Shown here: piece by piece, positions 43,064 through 64,000 of the stretch
Numbering within the stretch: position 1 is the first letter of the stretch
How the letters are laid out: every line of letters starts with the position of its first letter
Source of the DNA: the human T2T-CHM13v2.0 reference genome, Homo sapiens
NCBI RefSeq assembly: GCF_009914755.1
Contig: NC_060947.1
Direction: 5' to 3' (one strand)
Length of the DNA: 64,000 bases
The notes under the pieces: model-generated
Database searches by the model: none
What the model was told of the DNA's origin: nothing
Seen by the model: the letters and a program-made list of their open reading frames with translations, nothing else
Translations under genes and position numbers: made by a program

Positions 43064-44539
43064 GGCTCAGCCATCCCCTAGTGCTGTGTCCCAACATTTA
43101 AAGGCCGTTGAAGTCCCACTCTATGCCATATACTCTGTACAGGTTTTCTCATTTACCCCTCAGGACAGCACTGTAAGGATGGTGTGGTCAGTCCCATTTC
43201 ATAGATGACCAAACTCAGGCTTTCAGAGCCTAAGTCACTTCTCCAGATAGGTGGTAGGATTGAAATGAGGTTCCATCCCTCATCATCCATAGACAGCCCT
43301 GAGTAGCCTCCCTTTTAGAAGATGGGCTTCCAGGGCTTGAGAAATGGTCAGATTCCACCCCCCTGCTATTGTGGACCAATGCGTCCTCACTCCACAACCC
43401 CTCTGGGTGATGAAGAAGATAGAGAAGATTAAATCCCACCATTTATGCCAAGAGACCTGGGTGTAGGGCCACATGAGTTGGTTGCTTCTCGAAGTGGTGA
43501 GTGGGCTCAGGCAGAAGCTCAAGTGTTGGCCTTGGGACAGGTGAGCTGGAGAGAAGGAAAGTAACATACACTAAACTACTGTAAGAAAATGCACTTTATA
43601 TTTCATCTCCTTTAATCTTAACTGCTATTCAAGGTACCTATCACTTTGACAATTATTCAAATCAGGGTACTTTAGGAAAGTTTATGTAAAGCAGGGAATA
43701 AACTCTTTTCTCTCCAGTTCAGCAGCTAACTCTAGAATTACTTTTAAGTATTTTTAAGTATTTTTCCATTTTTTTCTTGATATCTCCAGGACTCTCAATG
43801 CTTGAATTTTTCTCAAGGCCGACAGTACACACGCCCTAAGGTGTTCTTCACTAGTATTTCTTTTTAAATTACAATCTATATATATCTTATTCATATTATT
43901 GAAGTTGAAAACACATTCTAAATGAAAATAACACTAAGAATGTCTGTAAAATAACGGGGAAACATTTTCAAACTACATCTCAGATGTTGGATTAGTATCC
44001 ATAATTTATAGGGCAAACTCAGTAACAAAACAGTTGGCAACTAATTTTGACATAGAATTCCAATAGATATAGACATGAACAAGGAACTTGTTGATTATGC
44101 TAAAACTATAAGAACTAATAAGATGCTAATATAAATCCTCAGAAGAATATTAAGTGGAAAAGACAGCTTGCAAAAGGAGATGATTAATGTGGTTGCACTT
44201 TTTGGCAAAGATTACGTGCATATGTAGGTGAACATGGTCATGTGCACCTCATCCACAGAAACATGTCTGGAAAGTGTGCACCATTCTATGGACAACAGAC
44301 CTTTTGGGTCAGGAGGTAGGAGTTGAGCTACTGAGAGGTGAAGATTAATTACAATTCATATATGTGCTTTTGTATATTGTCTGAAATTTGGTATTCAGGA
44401 ATAAAAATATTTTGATGAATATTTAGACACAACATAACATACATTTGCACAGATTGACAAAAGTAATGTGTATTATGTTCATTAATTTGAAATAGCTATT
44501 ACTGTATTCTATTTAATGGTGAAGGAAGTAGTTAAGTAG

Positions 44540-46954
44540 AAGGACACAAAACAAGTCTCAACAAATTTAAAAAATCAAAATCATATCAAGTATGTTCTCA
44601 GACAAAAATGTAATAAAAGTAGAAATCAATAACAAGAGGAACCTGGGAAACTGTACAAATATGTGGAAAATAAACAAACAGCATGCTCCAGAATGACCAC
44701 TGAGTCAAGAAAAAAAATATGGAGGATATCAAAAAGTTATTTGAAACAAATGAAAATGGAAACACAACATACCAAAATCTATGGGATACAGCAAAAGCAG
44801 TGCTTAGAGAAAAATTTGTAGCAATAGATGCCTACATCAAAAAAGTAAAAAGATTCCAAATAACCAATCTAACTGTTCACCTCAAGGAACTAAAAAAGGA
44901 AAAACCAAATCCCAAATGAGTAGAAGGAAGGAAACAGTAAAGGTCAGAGCCAAACTAAACAAAATAGAAACTAAAAATATACAAAATTTTAATGAAACAA
45001 AAAGTTAGATTTCTGAAAAGATAAAAAATTGATAAACCATCAGCTAGACTAACCAAGAAAAAAAAGAGAGAAGACACAAATAAACAACATCAGAAATGAA
45101 AAAGGAGACACTACAACTGATAACATGGAAATACAAATAATCATCAGAGACTATTATAAACAATTATATACCACCAAATTGGAAAGCCTAGAGGAAATAG
45201 ATAAATTCCTGGACGTATACCACCTACCAAGATTGAATCAGGAAGAAATAGAAAACCTGAACAGACCAATAGTAAGTAATGAGATTGAATCAGTAATAAA
45301 AATTTTCCAACAGAGAAAAGCCCAGACCTGGATGGTTTCTCTGATGAATTCTACCAAACCTTCAAAGGAGAACTAACAAAAGTTATATTCAAACTACTGA
45401 AAAAAAATTGAAGAGGAGAGAATTCTCCCTAACTCATTTTATGAGGGCAGCATTATTATGATATTAAAAACCAGACAAGGACTCAACAACAACAAAAAAC
45501 TACAGGCCAATAACCCTGATGAAAATAGATGCAAAAGTTCTCAACAAAATACTAGCAACCTGAATCCAACAGCACATCAAAAAGATAATATGCCGTGATC
45601 AAGTGGGATTTATACCAGGGATGCAAAGATGGTTCAACATATGCAAATCAACAAACATAATACATTACATCAACAGAATGAAGGACAAAAACCATATGAT
45701 TATCTCAACCAATCCATAAAAAGCATTTGATAAAATTCATCATCCCTTCATGATAAAAACTCTCAAGAAACTAGGCATCAAAAGAACGTAACTCAAAATA
45801 ATAAAAACCATATATGATAAACTCAGGGCTAACATCATAATGAATGGGGAAAAGCTGAAACCATTTCATCTAAGAACTGGAACAAGACAAGGGTCTTGTT
45901 TTTTCACCTTCATCACTACTATTCAACATAGTACTGGAAGACCTAGCCAGAGCAATCAGACAAGAGAAATAACAGATATCCAAGTTGGATATCTTTACAT
46001 TTGTTCCTCTTTGCAAATGATATAATTTTATATCTAGAAAAACCTAATGACTCCATCAAAACCCTCCCAAATTTGATAAATACAATATAGTTTTAGGATA
46101 GAACATCAATATACAAAAATCAGTAGTGTTTGTATGCACCAATGACGAAATAGCTGATGATGAAATAGTGGAGAAAGAAATTAAAAAGGCATGCCTACTT
46201 GAAATAGCTACCAAAAAAAAAACCTAGGAATAAATTTAACCAAGTAGGTGAAAGACCTCTACAAGGAAAACTACACAACACTGATGAAAGAAATTGAAGA
46301 GGACACAAGCAAATGGAAAGATATCCTATGCTCATGGCCTGGAAGAATTAATATAGTTAAAATGACCATACTGTCAAAGGTAATCTGCAGATTCAATGCA
46401 ATCCTTATCAAAGTACCAATGACATTTTTTGCAGAAATAGAAAAAACAATCCTAAAATTGATATGCAACCACAAAGGAACCCGGATAACCAAACCAATCC
46501 AGACCAAAAAGAACAAAGCTGGAGGCATCACACTACTTGACTTCAAAATATATTACAAGGCTATGGTAATCAAAACAGCATGGTATTGGTATGAAAACAG
46601 ACACAAAGACCAATGGAACAGAATAGAGAACGCAGAAATAAATCCACATGTTTACAGACAAAACTGATTTTCAACAAAGGCACCAAGAACGTACGTTGGA
46701 GAAAGGACATCCTCCTCAATAAATGGTATTGGGAAAATTGGATATGCATATGCAGAAGAATGAAACTGCATCTCTGTCTCTCATCATATACAGACATCAA
46801 CTCAAGATCAATTAAAGACTTAAATGTAAGATCTGAAACTATAAAAGTACTAGACAAAAACCTGGGGGAAACACTTTAGTACATTGGTCTAGGCAAATAT
46901 TTTATGGCTAAGACCTTAAAAGCACAGACAACAAAACCGAAAATAGACAAATGA
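44540..46954 (+). mobile_element. Old L1 (L1PB/L1MA) ORF2 internal fragment at the junction between direct and inverted blocks
   Basis: Degenerate ORF2 peptides 44719..44919, 45125..45376 and 46248..46667; both ends truncated. Confidence 0.9.
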
Positions 46955-47782
46955 CCAATATGTGTGTCCACCACAGAGTCCAGGGCCTTTCCTCTGCAAC
47001 ACCTTGTCAGCGTCAGTACTTTCTTCATTCCTCTGTAGCCTTTCTCACCTCCCTATACTTGGGGAGTCTAAATGGCACTACTTTATGAGTGTCTGTAGAG
47101 CAATACTTATCAAGGCCTACATAGGCACACACGCTTTGTGCTAGCATTTCCTTTTATATGTTTATCTTCAGGACTTAGTGAAGAATGTTGATTAAAATCT
47201 GGTTACAAGTACTGCCATCCTGATATTTCCCTTTTTTCACTTTTGGGCTTGAATTTAGAAAGGGAGACGAAATGAGATGCAAAGACACAAGCCAGAAGGA
47301 AGTAAAGGGAAATGTGGTTGTCAGCACACACATACACTCACACTCTCTCTCTCACACACACACACTCACTCCTACATCAACCAGGTTCTGTTATCACAAT
47401 ACTACAATTCTCTCAACATAGTTGTTGGGCTCCAAGGGGACCCATTCAGCTCACCAGAGCAAATAGCCATGGGAACTCTGCCCTGGATTACAACCACTAC
47501 CAGTGCACAGACTCTGAAAAGATGCTATCCATGTCGTGTAGATAATAGGGAATATTGGAACACTCTGAATAATATGGGGTTGTGAAAATTGATTATGTCA
47601 CATCCACAGTATGAAATTTCAGAAGAGAGCAAAAATGAGTTATATTGAAACAATGATGAGAGATGATTTTTTTTGCCTATCAGATTAGTAAAGATTCACA
47701 TTATTTCTAATATGAGCAGAAAGGAACTTTCACACTGGAATATTAGTAGTATAATGCTTTTATTAAAAGTATTTTGATTTCA

Positions 47783-53614
<5,832 letters not shown>

Positions 53615-54199
53615 TAAAAGTATTTTGATTTCATCATCTTGATATAAAATTTTTAAGTGTCTGGGGCTTAAAGATACTCTTTCAAAAACTTATAAAGAAA
53701 TTATTACTGAAATATTTGTACATATGAGCAAGAGTGTTATATATACCATTGTCTGTAATAGAAACTATGGTAAGGGAACTAAATTTTCACCACTAGGTTA
53801 CTGTGGAAATAAACTTTAGGATATCATATAAATGAAACACTGGGTCCATAAAAAATATTGATATTATGTTGTAATTTCAAATGTTATCATAGAAATGTAT
53901 TTCCATGAAAAGATAGTAATAAAGATGTAAAGAGGGTTACAAAGATAACAAGTAGCCTGGATCCCTTTTTTCTTATATAGGTCTCTATTTATCCAGGGGT
54001 CAAAGAATAAAAATTAAAATATTTTGTCTTCCTCTCACATAGAGCTCTCTTCTCGGCATAGTAAAAGGCAGCAATTTTTGTCTGGAGTCCTTCAGTACCC
54101 CTATACACTGGGAATGCTCACTTTTCCACCAAGATTTCCAGAAAGCTTTATAGGGTGGGCTTGGGCCACAATCTCTCCTTCCCACCTTCCTGTTCTAGC

Positions 54200-54230
54200 T
54201 GCAATGCAGATTTGTGTCGGGAAAGGGCAC
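54200..54230 (+). promoter_or_regulatory. Degenerate paralog of the CTCF site
   Basis: TGCAATGC-agatttgtg-TCGGGAAAGGGCAC; same spacing, core mutated. Confidence 0.4.
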
Positions 54231-55143
54231 CACGGTACCACCATTATCAAACTTTTCAGCAAAGAAGTGTCCGCAAGGAGCAAAAACTACAATACCTCCT
54301 TACGACCCACCTTATGAACCCAGGTACAGAATGATTCTGTCAGAAAGATACTGATGTGTTTAAAAGAAGACGGAAAAAAAAATAAACTGCAGGACATCCT
54401 TGGCTATCCTAGGCGGGCAGCCATAGGGCAGTGTGGGGCAGTGGGCGGTGACAGAGAGAGGATGAGGGCACAGGAGCAGGGTCTGGGCAGCTGTGCCCAT
54501 AGTGTCCTGAAAAGGGAATGACAGAGAGAAGGTGGGAGGAAATCTGGGAAGCCTGTATAGGGGTGGGGTAATGGAGGAGGCTGAATGCCCTGCTGTCTGA
54601 AAAGGACCCCCTACCCACCCTCCTGCAATGTGGACACTGCAACCTGCACCAAGGAGGGAAGTGAAAAATCAATGAATGCAATGTAGATTTGGGGTCAACA
54701 GATAATGGAACTGTTTTCATATACATGTGAATTTTCCAAACAACCACAGAAAACTTGTAATATTTGTTACTCTATGCAAAATAAGCTGCTTTTAATTTAA
54801 AAACAAAAATTGAGATAGCTATGATGTGCCTTCTGGTAGCCAGAGCCAAGGTTGCAGCTCTGAGAGTAGACCAGGTTGCAGGGGAGGCAGGGTTCAGCAT
54901 AGGGAAGGGAGGGATGGAGTTGGGAGCTTGATTAATGGGATCAGCCTCATTCCAATCCTGCCATTTATCTGGGGAAGTGACTTAGGCTCTGTGAGCCTGA
55001 ACTTAGTCATCTGTGAAATGTAACTGACAATACCAGAGCTTTCCTGAGGGGTAAATGAGAAAACCTGCCCAGACTATATGGCATAGAGTGAAACTTTAGT
55101 GGTCTTTAAATGTTGGGACACAGAAGTAGGGGTTGGCAGAGCC

Positions 55144-55341
55144 TCAGGGCTAAGGAGGCAGTGTGAAAAATCATTTCTTACTGTTTCCCCTTTTGAGAAA
55201 AATACACATCTAGTTGAAGAAAGCAAATGTCCCTGTGATATACCTTGAGTTGAAAGATTTATGGACAGCTGTTTCTCTAGTTCTTGGGTGTTATCAGAAG
55301 CTCATAAGAGCTGTTCAGCATCAAGTCCCTGAGCTGACCCA
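55144..55341 (-). ncRNA. Candidate intronic structured small RNA, copy 3
   Basis: Minus strand: ttgggt/acccaa stem, TTGATG, CTGA, AGAGAA, hairpin 2, ACA, terminal CTGA. Confidence 0.35.
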
Positions 55342-55387
55342 AATTCAGTTCCTCATGCTGGGAAGATAGGCATGTCTTTGAACTCAC

Positions 55388-55946
<559 letters not shown>

Positions 55947-56247
55947 CTTGAAACACAAAAATCCAAGAGTTACTACCATTTCTATACACACAATTGTCCA
56001 TTCCTTCATTCATTAATAACTAAATATATATTAAGCTCAATACCTGTATAACTAAAGGCATCTCATGATCTCTAAAATGGAAATAATAGAGTAAGAATGA
56101 AAATAATATATCACTAACTTCAAAGATTAGTTTTAAGATGGTATGCTCCTTCACATTAATTTTTAAACTTGATCAACTTTTAAGAAATGAAAGATTTTCA
56201 AAAATTCCTCTTGGACCCCTCAATACACATTTAGCCACAGGATTGAT

Positions 56248-56420
56248 ACCTCTCCTTTCCTCTCCCCTCCTGTCTCCTCCCCTCCCCTCTCCTCCCCTCC
56301 CCTCTCCTCCCCTCCCCTCCCCCTCCCGTCCCCTCCCCTCCCCTCCTCTCTCTCTCTCTCTCTCTGTCTCCTGCCCCCTCCACCTCTATGTCCTATCTCT
56401 GGGTCTCTCTCTTCTCCTTC
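56248..56420. repeat. (CTCCC)n/(CT)n low-complexity tract
   Basis: Polypyrimidine on the plus strand, GA-rich on the unit's sense strand. Confidence 0.95.
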
Positions 56421-58169
56421 AAATTTAAACTACCTAAAAGACCTTTCTCCAGTCCTTGTTAACATTCTTCACTTCCTACTGCCTGCTTATCCCACCTAGT
56501 TAGCCAAGCAGTGACTGCCACAGAGACGGGAAAGCGGGATGGTCTTCATGAAATCACTCAGAGTTCAGCATTACAGCTTCAGTGGGGGAATGGGGAGGAT
56601 AAGGAGAGGGGAACCCTGACACAGCGGGATTCGGGGTAGAAGTATAGTCATAGTCTCATTCAGCCCAGGGTCCCAGGAGCAATCAACAAATGTGAATTAA
56701 TACACCATGTTTTCATTACCTGTGTATCCACTGATGAACTTTTAGGTCAATTCTACATCTTGACTATGATGTATAATTACACAAGTACCTTCCTTATGTA
56801 ATTAAAAGTTATAAAAGGAAAATATACACATGCCCAGCACTTGTAATAGATGTCAAATCAAGTTCTAAATGGAATGCATCCCTATACCATCTAAGGGATT
56901 TGGGCAGTAGTCTGAACACATGAAAACTAACTCCCAGAAAATACTGTCTTCTTTCAGCAGGATGGTCTAGATTAGGTTCTGGTTATAAAGGACAGGCCTA
57001 AATTAGTAACAGTTTGAAAGAAAGGTAGAAAATTAGCCCCAGACAAATGAGAAAATGTCTTGCATTCAAGATACACTGAGATTGTTTTAGGCAAGTTAGC
57101 CACAGGAAAACTGAGACATTGAACATATCAGATAAAAGAAGAGTTTGAAAATAGTAACTGTAGAATGTTTTACCGCTCTCTATAGCATATAAACTGAGAC
57201 CTGGATGTGTCTGTTTTAGTAGTCTAAAAGATAATACACACGACTTGGAGACATATATATATAGCAGGTCCCACTGTTGAGATATGAATGCATGTTTGTT
57301 CTCCTCAGGTTTCTTACTTCTTCTTCTTCAATGAGGTAGCCAGGTATTTAGAGAGAAAACCATGCTACAAAACAATATCATATTTTACATACAGGTATGT
57401 ACATGTGTAATTATAAGGTAATGTCTTAAAAATGAAAAATCCAAATTCTGTATAGTGATTATCTCTGAGGAAGTAGGAGGCTAATACAATCAGACTTCAA
57501 TGTGACTATCGATTGCCTATATACTATTTTATATGTTAGCATGGTTACATAGAAAGTTCTCACATTCTATAATTTTTGTATGTCTGAACTATTTTATAAC
57601 AAATACTGTTTCTATGAGCAAAAATTCTGACTTTTAAAAAGCTCCATGCTAATTTATAAATTGTGGAAAGCATAGTCAAGCTCAGAAATAAATAAATAAT
57701 CCCTGACCCCTCCCACTTATTAATTTTTGATAAATTGTCCTTTTTGTATAGTTCCTCCCACTTTGTTCTCTATGCAGGCATACTTAATATATATCCATTA
57801 CATATGGGTTTCATTTGTCTGGAGACTCAACATTTCCTAAATATCATAAAACCAGTAATTAAGTATGCCGAAATATTGTACTCACTCTGACTCCGAGGCT
57901 CGTGTCCTTAACCCCTGAGAATGTCAGTCTTTTCCTGTGAAAGGGATGAGGCCAGATCAGGCCAGCTGACTTCTCATGGTCTTTTTTACACAAAGCTAAA
58001 TCTGCTATTGAGGACCCAGGTCTCCTGATTTCAGTCTGTTGTACAGCAGATTCATCTTCATGTTCTGTTACTCTATGCTGTCTGCTTTCTGGTCCTCAAG
58101 GAGAGGCTGCTATTTCGGTGTCCAAATAGAAGGTGAAAGAAGATGGCACAAAAGAACATCAAAGTAAAA

Positions 58170-59530
58170 GTAATTTGCTTAGGATAATGGCCTCAAGCTC
58201 TATCCATGTTGCTGCAAAGGACATGATCTCATTCTTTTTTATGAATCTGTAGTATTCCATGGTGTATGTGTACCACATTTTCTTTATCCAGTCCACTGTT
58301 GATGGGCATCTAGGTTGATTCCATGTCTTTGCTATTGTGAATAGTGCTGTGATAAACATACACATGCATGTGTCTTTATGGTAGAACGATTTATATTCAT
58401 TTGGGAATATACCCAGTAATGGGATTTCTGGGTTGAATTGTAGTTCTATTTTAAGTTACTTGGGAAATCTCTAGACTGCTTTCCACAGTGGCTGAACTAA
58501 TATACATTCCTACCAGCAGTGTATAAGCATCCCCTTTTCACTGTAAGCTCACCAACATCTGTTACTTTTTAACTTTTGCATAATAGACATTTTGACTGTT
58601 GTGAGATGGTATCTTATTGTGGTTTCGATTTGCATTTCCCTAATGATTAGTGATATTGAACATTTTTTCATATGCTTGTTGGTCATGTGTATATCTTCTT
58701 TTGAGTAGTGTCTGTTCATGTCCTTTGCCCATTTTTTAATGGGGTTGTTTTTCTGCTTGTTGATTTAGTTCCTTATAGATCCTGGATATTAGACCTTTGG
58801 AAGATGCATAGTTTACAGATGTTTTCTCCCATTCTGTAGGTTGTCTGTCTGCTCTGTTGATAGTTTCTTTTGCTGTGCAGAAGCTCTTTAGTTTCATTAG
58901 GTCCTGCTTGTCAATATTTGTTTTTACTACAGTTGCTTTTGGTGTCTTCATCATGAAGTCTTTGCCAGGGCTGATGTCTAGAATGGTATTTCCTAAGTTT
59001 TCTTCTAGGGTATTTATAGTTTTATGTTTTACATTTAAGTCTTTAATGCATTTTGAGTTGATTTTTGAAGGGTAAAGGTGAAGTTTCAATCTTCTGCATA
59101 TGTCTAGCCAGTTATTCTAGCACCATTTATTGAATAGGAAGTCCTTTCCCCATTGCTTGTTATTGTTAACTTTGTTGAAGATCAGATGGTTGTAGGTGTG
59201 TGGCTTTATTTCTGTGTTCTTTATTATGTTCCATTTGTCTGCGTGTCTGTTTTGTACCAGTACCATGCTGTTTTAATTACTATAGCCTTGTATTATAGTT
59301 TGAAGTCAGGTAGTGTGATGCCTCCATCTTTGCACTTTTCATTTAGGATTGCTTTGGTTATTCAGGCTCTCTTTTGGTTCCAAGTGAATTTTAGAATTTT
59401 TATTCTAGTTCTGTGAAAAACATTGCTAGTAGTTTAATAGAATAGCATTGAATCTGTAAATTGCTTTGGGCAGTATGACCATTTTAACAATATTGATTCT
59501 TCCTATCCATGAGCATGGAATATTTTTCAC
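58170..59530 (-). mobile_element. L1 ORF2 3' fragment (older L1PA/L1PB)
   Basis: ORFs 58736..59089 and 58159..58365 are degenerate ORF2 C-terminus. Confidence 0.9.
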
Positions 59531-59680
59531 AATCTTAATTTTTAAGAGGGCAGAATTGAGAACAAAATGGATTTTAAAAGATAAAAAAGCACACCTAATA
59601 ATAGTAAAGGTTAAAATTCACTAGGAATACATTATGTATTAATACTTGTGTACCTAGTCACACAACACAAATGTAGTTTT

Positions 59681-59991
59681 TTTGTTTATTTGTTTGTTTG
59701 GGTTTTTTTGTTTGTTTGTTTAGGTGGAGTCTCACTCTGTCGCCCAGGCTGGAGTGCAGTGGCGCAATCTTGGCTCACTGCAACCTCTCCCTCCCGGTTT
59801 CAAGCAATTCTCTGCCTCAGTCTCCTGAGTAGCTGGGATTACAGGCGCCTGCCACCATGCCCAGCTAATTTAGTAGAGATGGGGTTTCACCATCTTGGCC
59901 AGGCTGGTCTTGAACTCCTGACCTCAGGTGCTCCACCCGCCTCGGCCTCCAAAAGTGTTGGGATTGCAGGTGTGAGCCACCACACCCAGCC
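59681..59991 (-). mobile_element. Alu (AluS-type)
   Basis: (TTTG)n tail; aaatgtagtttt duplicated at the flanks. Confidence 0.93.
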
Positions 59992-60079
59992 AAAAATGTA
60001 GTTTTATAGAGGAAAACTGCAGAAGCAGCAATGAGATATATGAAAAATCATACTAATATCTGAGGCTGTTAAGCTTGGG

Positions 60080-61050
60080 CCCAAATGCAAATACAGATTA
60101 AAATTGTAGAATGCAATGAGAGTAATGAAAATAAAAACAGAACATATTCAGAATTTACAGCTAGAGCAGTGGTCAGATAATATTTTTATGCATTACATAG
60201 CTATATCAATAAAAAGGAATTGAACAATCAATTCAAAAAGCCAGATAAAGAACCACAACATAAACTAAAAGAATGCAGTTGAATAGTTAAAGGTTAAAAC
60301 AGAAATAAATGGGTTAAAAAGGCAAACTACAGTATAATTTATATGTAAAAGTAAGGAAGATTTATTTGAGGAGATACCAAAAACATGAAAAGTCACTGGG
60401 TAAAGTATTCAAGAAAATTGAAGAAAACACAAATACACAATTTTGAAACAGAAACGGTGACAAGGTCTTCAAAACGAAGGAAATTTCAAGTCTCTTAACT
60501 GAAAAATTTGCATAATTCTATTCAAATACATTTGGAAACAGATAAAATCAGTAATTTTCTAGAAAAACACAACTTACCCAGACTGGCCTCAAGAAACACA
60601 AAAAGTCTTAACAGACCAATTGCATACAAGACATAGTGAATTTGGTTAAATTATCTGCCTTCAAAAAGCACCAGACCCAGAGCTTTCCCAAAGAGAATTC
60701 TAGCAAAACTTTCAAGGTATGATAATACCAATACTATTTAAAATAGTCGAAGGGCATAGGGAATATATGAAACAATGAAGCAAGTACATAAAGTTGATTC
60801 TGAAACATGCCAAAAACTGCAGGAGAAATGAAATTCCAGAATAATCTCATCACAGAATATGAACTAATGTTCTTAAATAAAATATTAGTAAACAAAAGAG
60901 GACATAAAATACAGGTCATGACCTTATGGGGCTTTTATATATATAAACATGTTTCAATATCAATAAAACTATTACTATAATCTAGTATATTGATACAGCC
61001 AAGGAAATAATTATATGATCACCTCCATATGCAGAAAGGTATTTAACAGC
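60080..61050 (+). mobile_element. Highly decayed L1M ORF2 fragment
   Basis: Residual motifs 'cttaacagaccaat', 'aaaaagcaccagacccaga', 'atatgatcacctcc..atgcagaaa'. Confidence 0.6.
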
Positions 61051-61468
61051 ATCAGCATTCCACAAGACTAAAGATCCAGATTTTAAGCAAATAAATTAGA
61101 AGGTTAAAAAAAAATGCGGTGGAACCCACTTTAGATTAAATGAGACGAAACATTTCAGAGTTAAATTAAAGAGAAATTAAATCAAAGAAATTACATTTAA
61201 AACCATAATTAGATACCACCATAGACCCACAAGAAATAAAAAAGATTGAAAATGCCAAGTGAAGTGTTGGTGAGGATGTGGAGCAGTGGAACTCTCAACA
61301 CTGCTGGTGGGAATACGGATTGGAACACTTTGAAAAACTGGCAGTGTCTAGTGAGCTGAACATACATATACCCTAACTCAGAAATGCCACTCAATCATAT
61401 ATGTCGAAGTAAAGTAAAAATAAACGTCCATCTAAAAGATATGTACAAGAATGTTCAAAGCACCATTA

Positions 61469-61868
<400 letters not shown>

Positions 61869-62029
61869 CTACAACTACAGACAACAAAATGTAAATCACA
61901 TATATATTATGTTGGTTGAACACAGCCAGACACAGGAAAACACGTGTTTTATGATTTCAGGAAATTTTTTTTTTAACCTTCCAATAGTGTTTGGGGAAGG
62001 AGAGAAAAATCAACACTCAATATCCTTTA

Positions 62030-62906
62030 AGCTTTTTTTTAATTTTTAATTTTTGTGGGTGATAGGTGTATATATTTATGGGGTACATGAGATATTTTGA
62101 TACATGCATGCAATGCATAATAGTCACATCATGGAAAATGGGGTATCCATCCCCTCAAGCATTTTTCCTTTGTGTTACAAACAATCCAATTATATTATTT
62201 TAGTTATTTTAAAATGTACAATTAAATTATTATTGATTGTAGTCACCCTGTAGTGCTATCAAATACTAGGCCTTATTCATTCATTCTATTTTTTGTACTC
62301 ATTAACCATCCCCACCTCTCCCTCACCTCCCCGCCTCTACCCAGACTCTGGTAACCATCCTTCTACCCTCTATCTCCATGGGTTCAATTATTTTTTGAGT
62401 TTTGGTCCCACAGATAAGTGAGAACATGTGATATTTGTCTTTCTGTGCCTGGCTTACTTCACTTAATGTAATGACCACCTGTTCCATCCATGTTGTTGCA
62501 AATGACAGAATCTCTTTATTTTTATGGCTGAATAGTACTCCATTCTGTATATGTACCACATTTTCTTTTTCCATTAATCTGTTGATGGACACTTAGGTTG
62601 CTTCCAAATCTTGGCCATTATGAATAATGTTGCAACAAACATGGGAGTGAAGATACTCTTCGATATACTGATTTTCTTTCTTTTGGATGTATAACCAGCA
62701 GTGGGATTGCTGGGTCATATGGCAGCTCTATTTTTAGATTTTGAGGACCCTCCGTACTGTTCTCCACAGTGGTTGTACTAATTTACATTCCCATCAACAG
62801 TGTATGAGGGTTCCCTTTTCTCCACATCTTTGCCAGCATGTGTTATTGCCTGTCTTTTGCAGAAAGCCATTTTAACTGGAGTGAGATGATATCTCATTGT
62901 AGTTTT
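62030..62906 (-). mobile_element. L1MA-type 3' end
   Basis: 'gtgtatatatttatggggtacatgagatattttgatac...' 3'UTR; ORF 62323..62592 contains the ORF2 tail. Confidence 0.88.
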
Positions 62907-63301
62907 GTAGGAAGTGCAGAAAACTCGTTTTAGAGCTTTAACTTTGGTTGGAAAAAAGGAAAGAGAGAAAAAAAAGTTGGGGGAGGAAAGATATCCAATC
63001 CTGTGGCTGAATAGGCGGTGAGGGGTTAAAGGAAGAATTTTTAAAAATCTTCAATTTCTTGAAATTTCAGTAAGTTTAAAAGCTAATGTGAAGAACCCAT
63101 TTCATCTCGTATTTAACCCTTGAATTTTCCTATATATTATTTTGTTTCTTACTCTCCTATTTCCACTTTAGAGCTCATGAGATGTCTCCAATGGACTAGT
63201 ATATGTTTTGAGCTCAATACAAATATAGTTACTAGATGAGGAAAGAACGGACAACTGTGTGTCACAGAAATGCTAGTAATTTCTGGATTTTTGCCTCTCA
63301 G

Positions 63302-63496
63302 GGAGGTAGAGGATGGCTGAAATCCTGGTGTGATGTGACTGGATCATGCATGATCTGAGGACCCTTGCCCTGGTGACTGGTGGACAGGTTCAGATTTTTC
63401 CTATAAACATATTAACATACCAAACTGTCCAGAAGCAGCTATTAAGCAAACACCATACTTTGCTTTCCTCATGCAATCTATCACAGAGCTCTTCAG
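63302..63496 (+). ncRNA. Repeated non-coding exon, copy 4 (195 nt)
   Basis: Acceptor ggatttttgcctctcag| and donor cag|gtgagt. Confidence 0.55.
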
Positions 63497-63543
63497 GTGA
63501 GTTCACAAATATGTTTGTCATTCCAGTGTGGGGGAACTTGATC

Positions 63544-63741
63544 TGAGTCTGCTAAGAGGCATGATATTGAATGACTCCTGTGACCTTCTGATAATACCTA
63601 AGAATATAGAAAACCTTCTATCTCAAAAACTTTGAACTCAAGGCATATCAGAGAGATATTTGCTTCTTTCTTCTAGATGTTTGTGTTCTTATTAGGAGAA
63701 ACAATGAGAAATGATTTTTCACAATGTCTCCTGAGCCCTGA
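63544..63741 (+). ncRNA. Candidate intronic structured small RNA, copy 4 (most diverged)
   Basis: ATGATA, CTGA, ATAGAA, aaggca-tatc/agaga/gata-tttgctt, ACA, terminal CTGA; hairpin 1 is weaker. Confidence 0.3.
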
Positions 63742-64000
63742 GGCTCAGCCAGCCCTTACTGCTATGTCTCAACATTTAAAGGCCATTGAAGTCCCACTCC
63801 ATTCCATATACTTTGGACAACGTTTCTCATTTATGCCTGGGGACAGCTCTGTAACAATTGTATAATCAGTTCCATTTCACAGATGACTAAGCTCAGGCTC
63901 ACAGAGTCTAAGTCACCTCCCTAGGTAAGTGGCAGGATTGGAATGAGGTTCCATCCCTCACCCTCCCTAGAGGATCCTGAGCACCTTTCTTTTAGAAGTT

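Larger units (their letters stand above)
40330..44520 (+). repeat. Paralogous unit copy 2
   Basis: 40330-43160 aligns inverted with 58150-55030 (e.g. 'catgaagatgagtctgct...acagactgaaa'); 41730-44500 aligns with copy 1. Confidence 0.88.
62907..64000 (+). repeat. Paralogous unit copy 4 (runs off the window)
   Basis: Colinear with 34140-35215 and 41765-43320. Confidence 0.9.

Noticed and set aside
42821-43208. Similar-looking ORFs across paralogs (MRNGFSQCLVSPEAQP / MRNDFSQCLLSPEAQP; also 793..993 vs 37662..37871 and 1673..1969 vs 47277..47585)
   Set aside because: The similarity follows from DNA paralogy. Copy 1 has frameshifting indels, lengths differ, and no known protein motif is present.

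Overview
Primate (human-like) genomic DNA, AT-rich and dense in repeats. I see no recognisable cellular protein-coding exon: every long ORF in the track comes from L1, and the rest are Alu or microsatellite noise. Interspersed elements are a full-length, disabled young L1PA (8130-14275, minus, 15-bp TSD), a near full-length L1PB-type element (47783-53614, plus, 19-bp TSD), several L1 fragments, 10 Alus, MaLR/ERVL/ERV1 solo LTRs, MER DNA transposons, L2 and MIR. With these removed, the window is a mosaic of old local paralogous blocks, roughly 75-85% identical by eye, in direct and inverted orientation. Four copies (near 34.5, 42.6, 55.9 on minus, and 63.3 kb) carry the same ~190-205 nt non-coding exon with conserved splice sites. 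About 45 nt into the following intron, each has a conserved ~150-200 nt two-hairpin element with box-like motifs. Three copies (near 0.86, 37.7, and 54.2 kb inverted) carry a CTCF + GC/CACCC + TATA-like module. My working hypothesis is a repeated lncRNA host unit releasing an unannotated intronic small structured RNA family. I could not name the locus from sequence alone, and repeat subfamily names are from recall rather than a database search.
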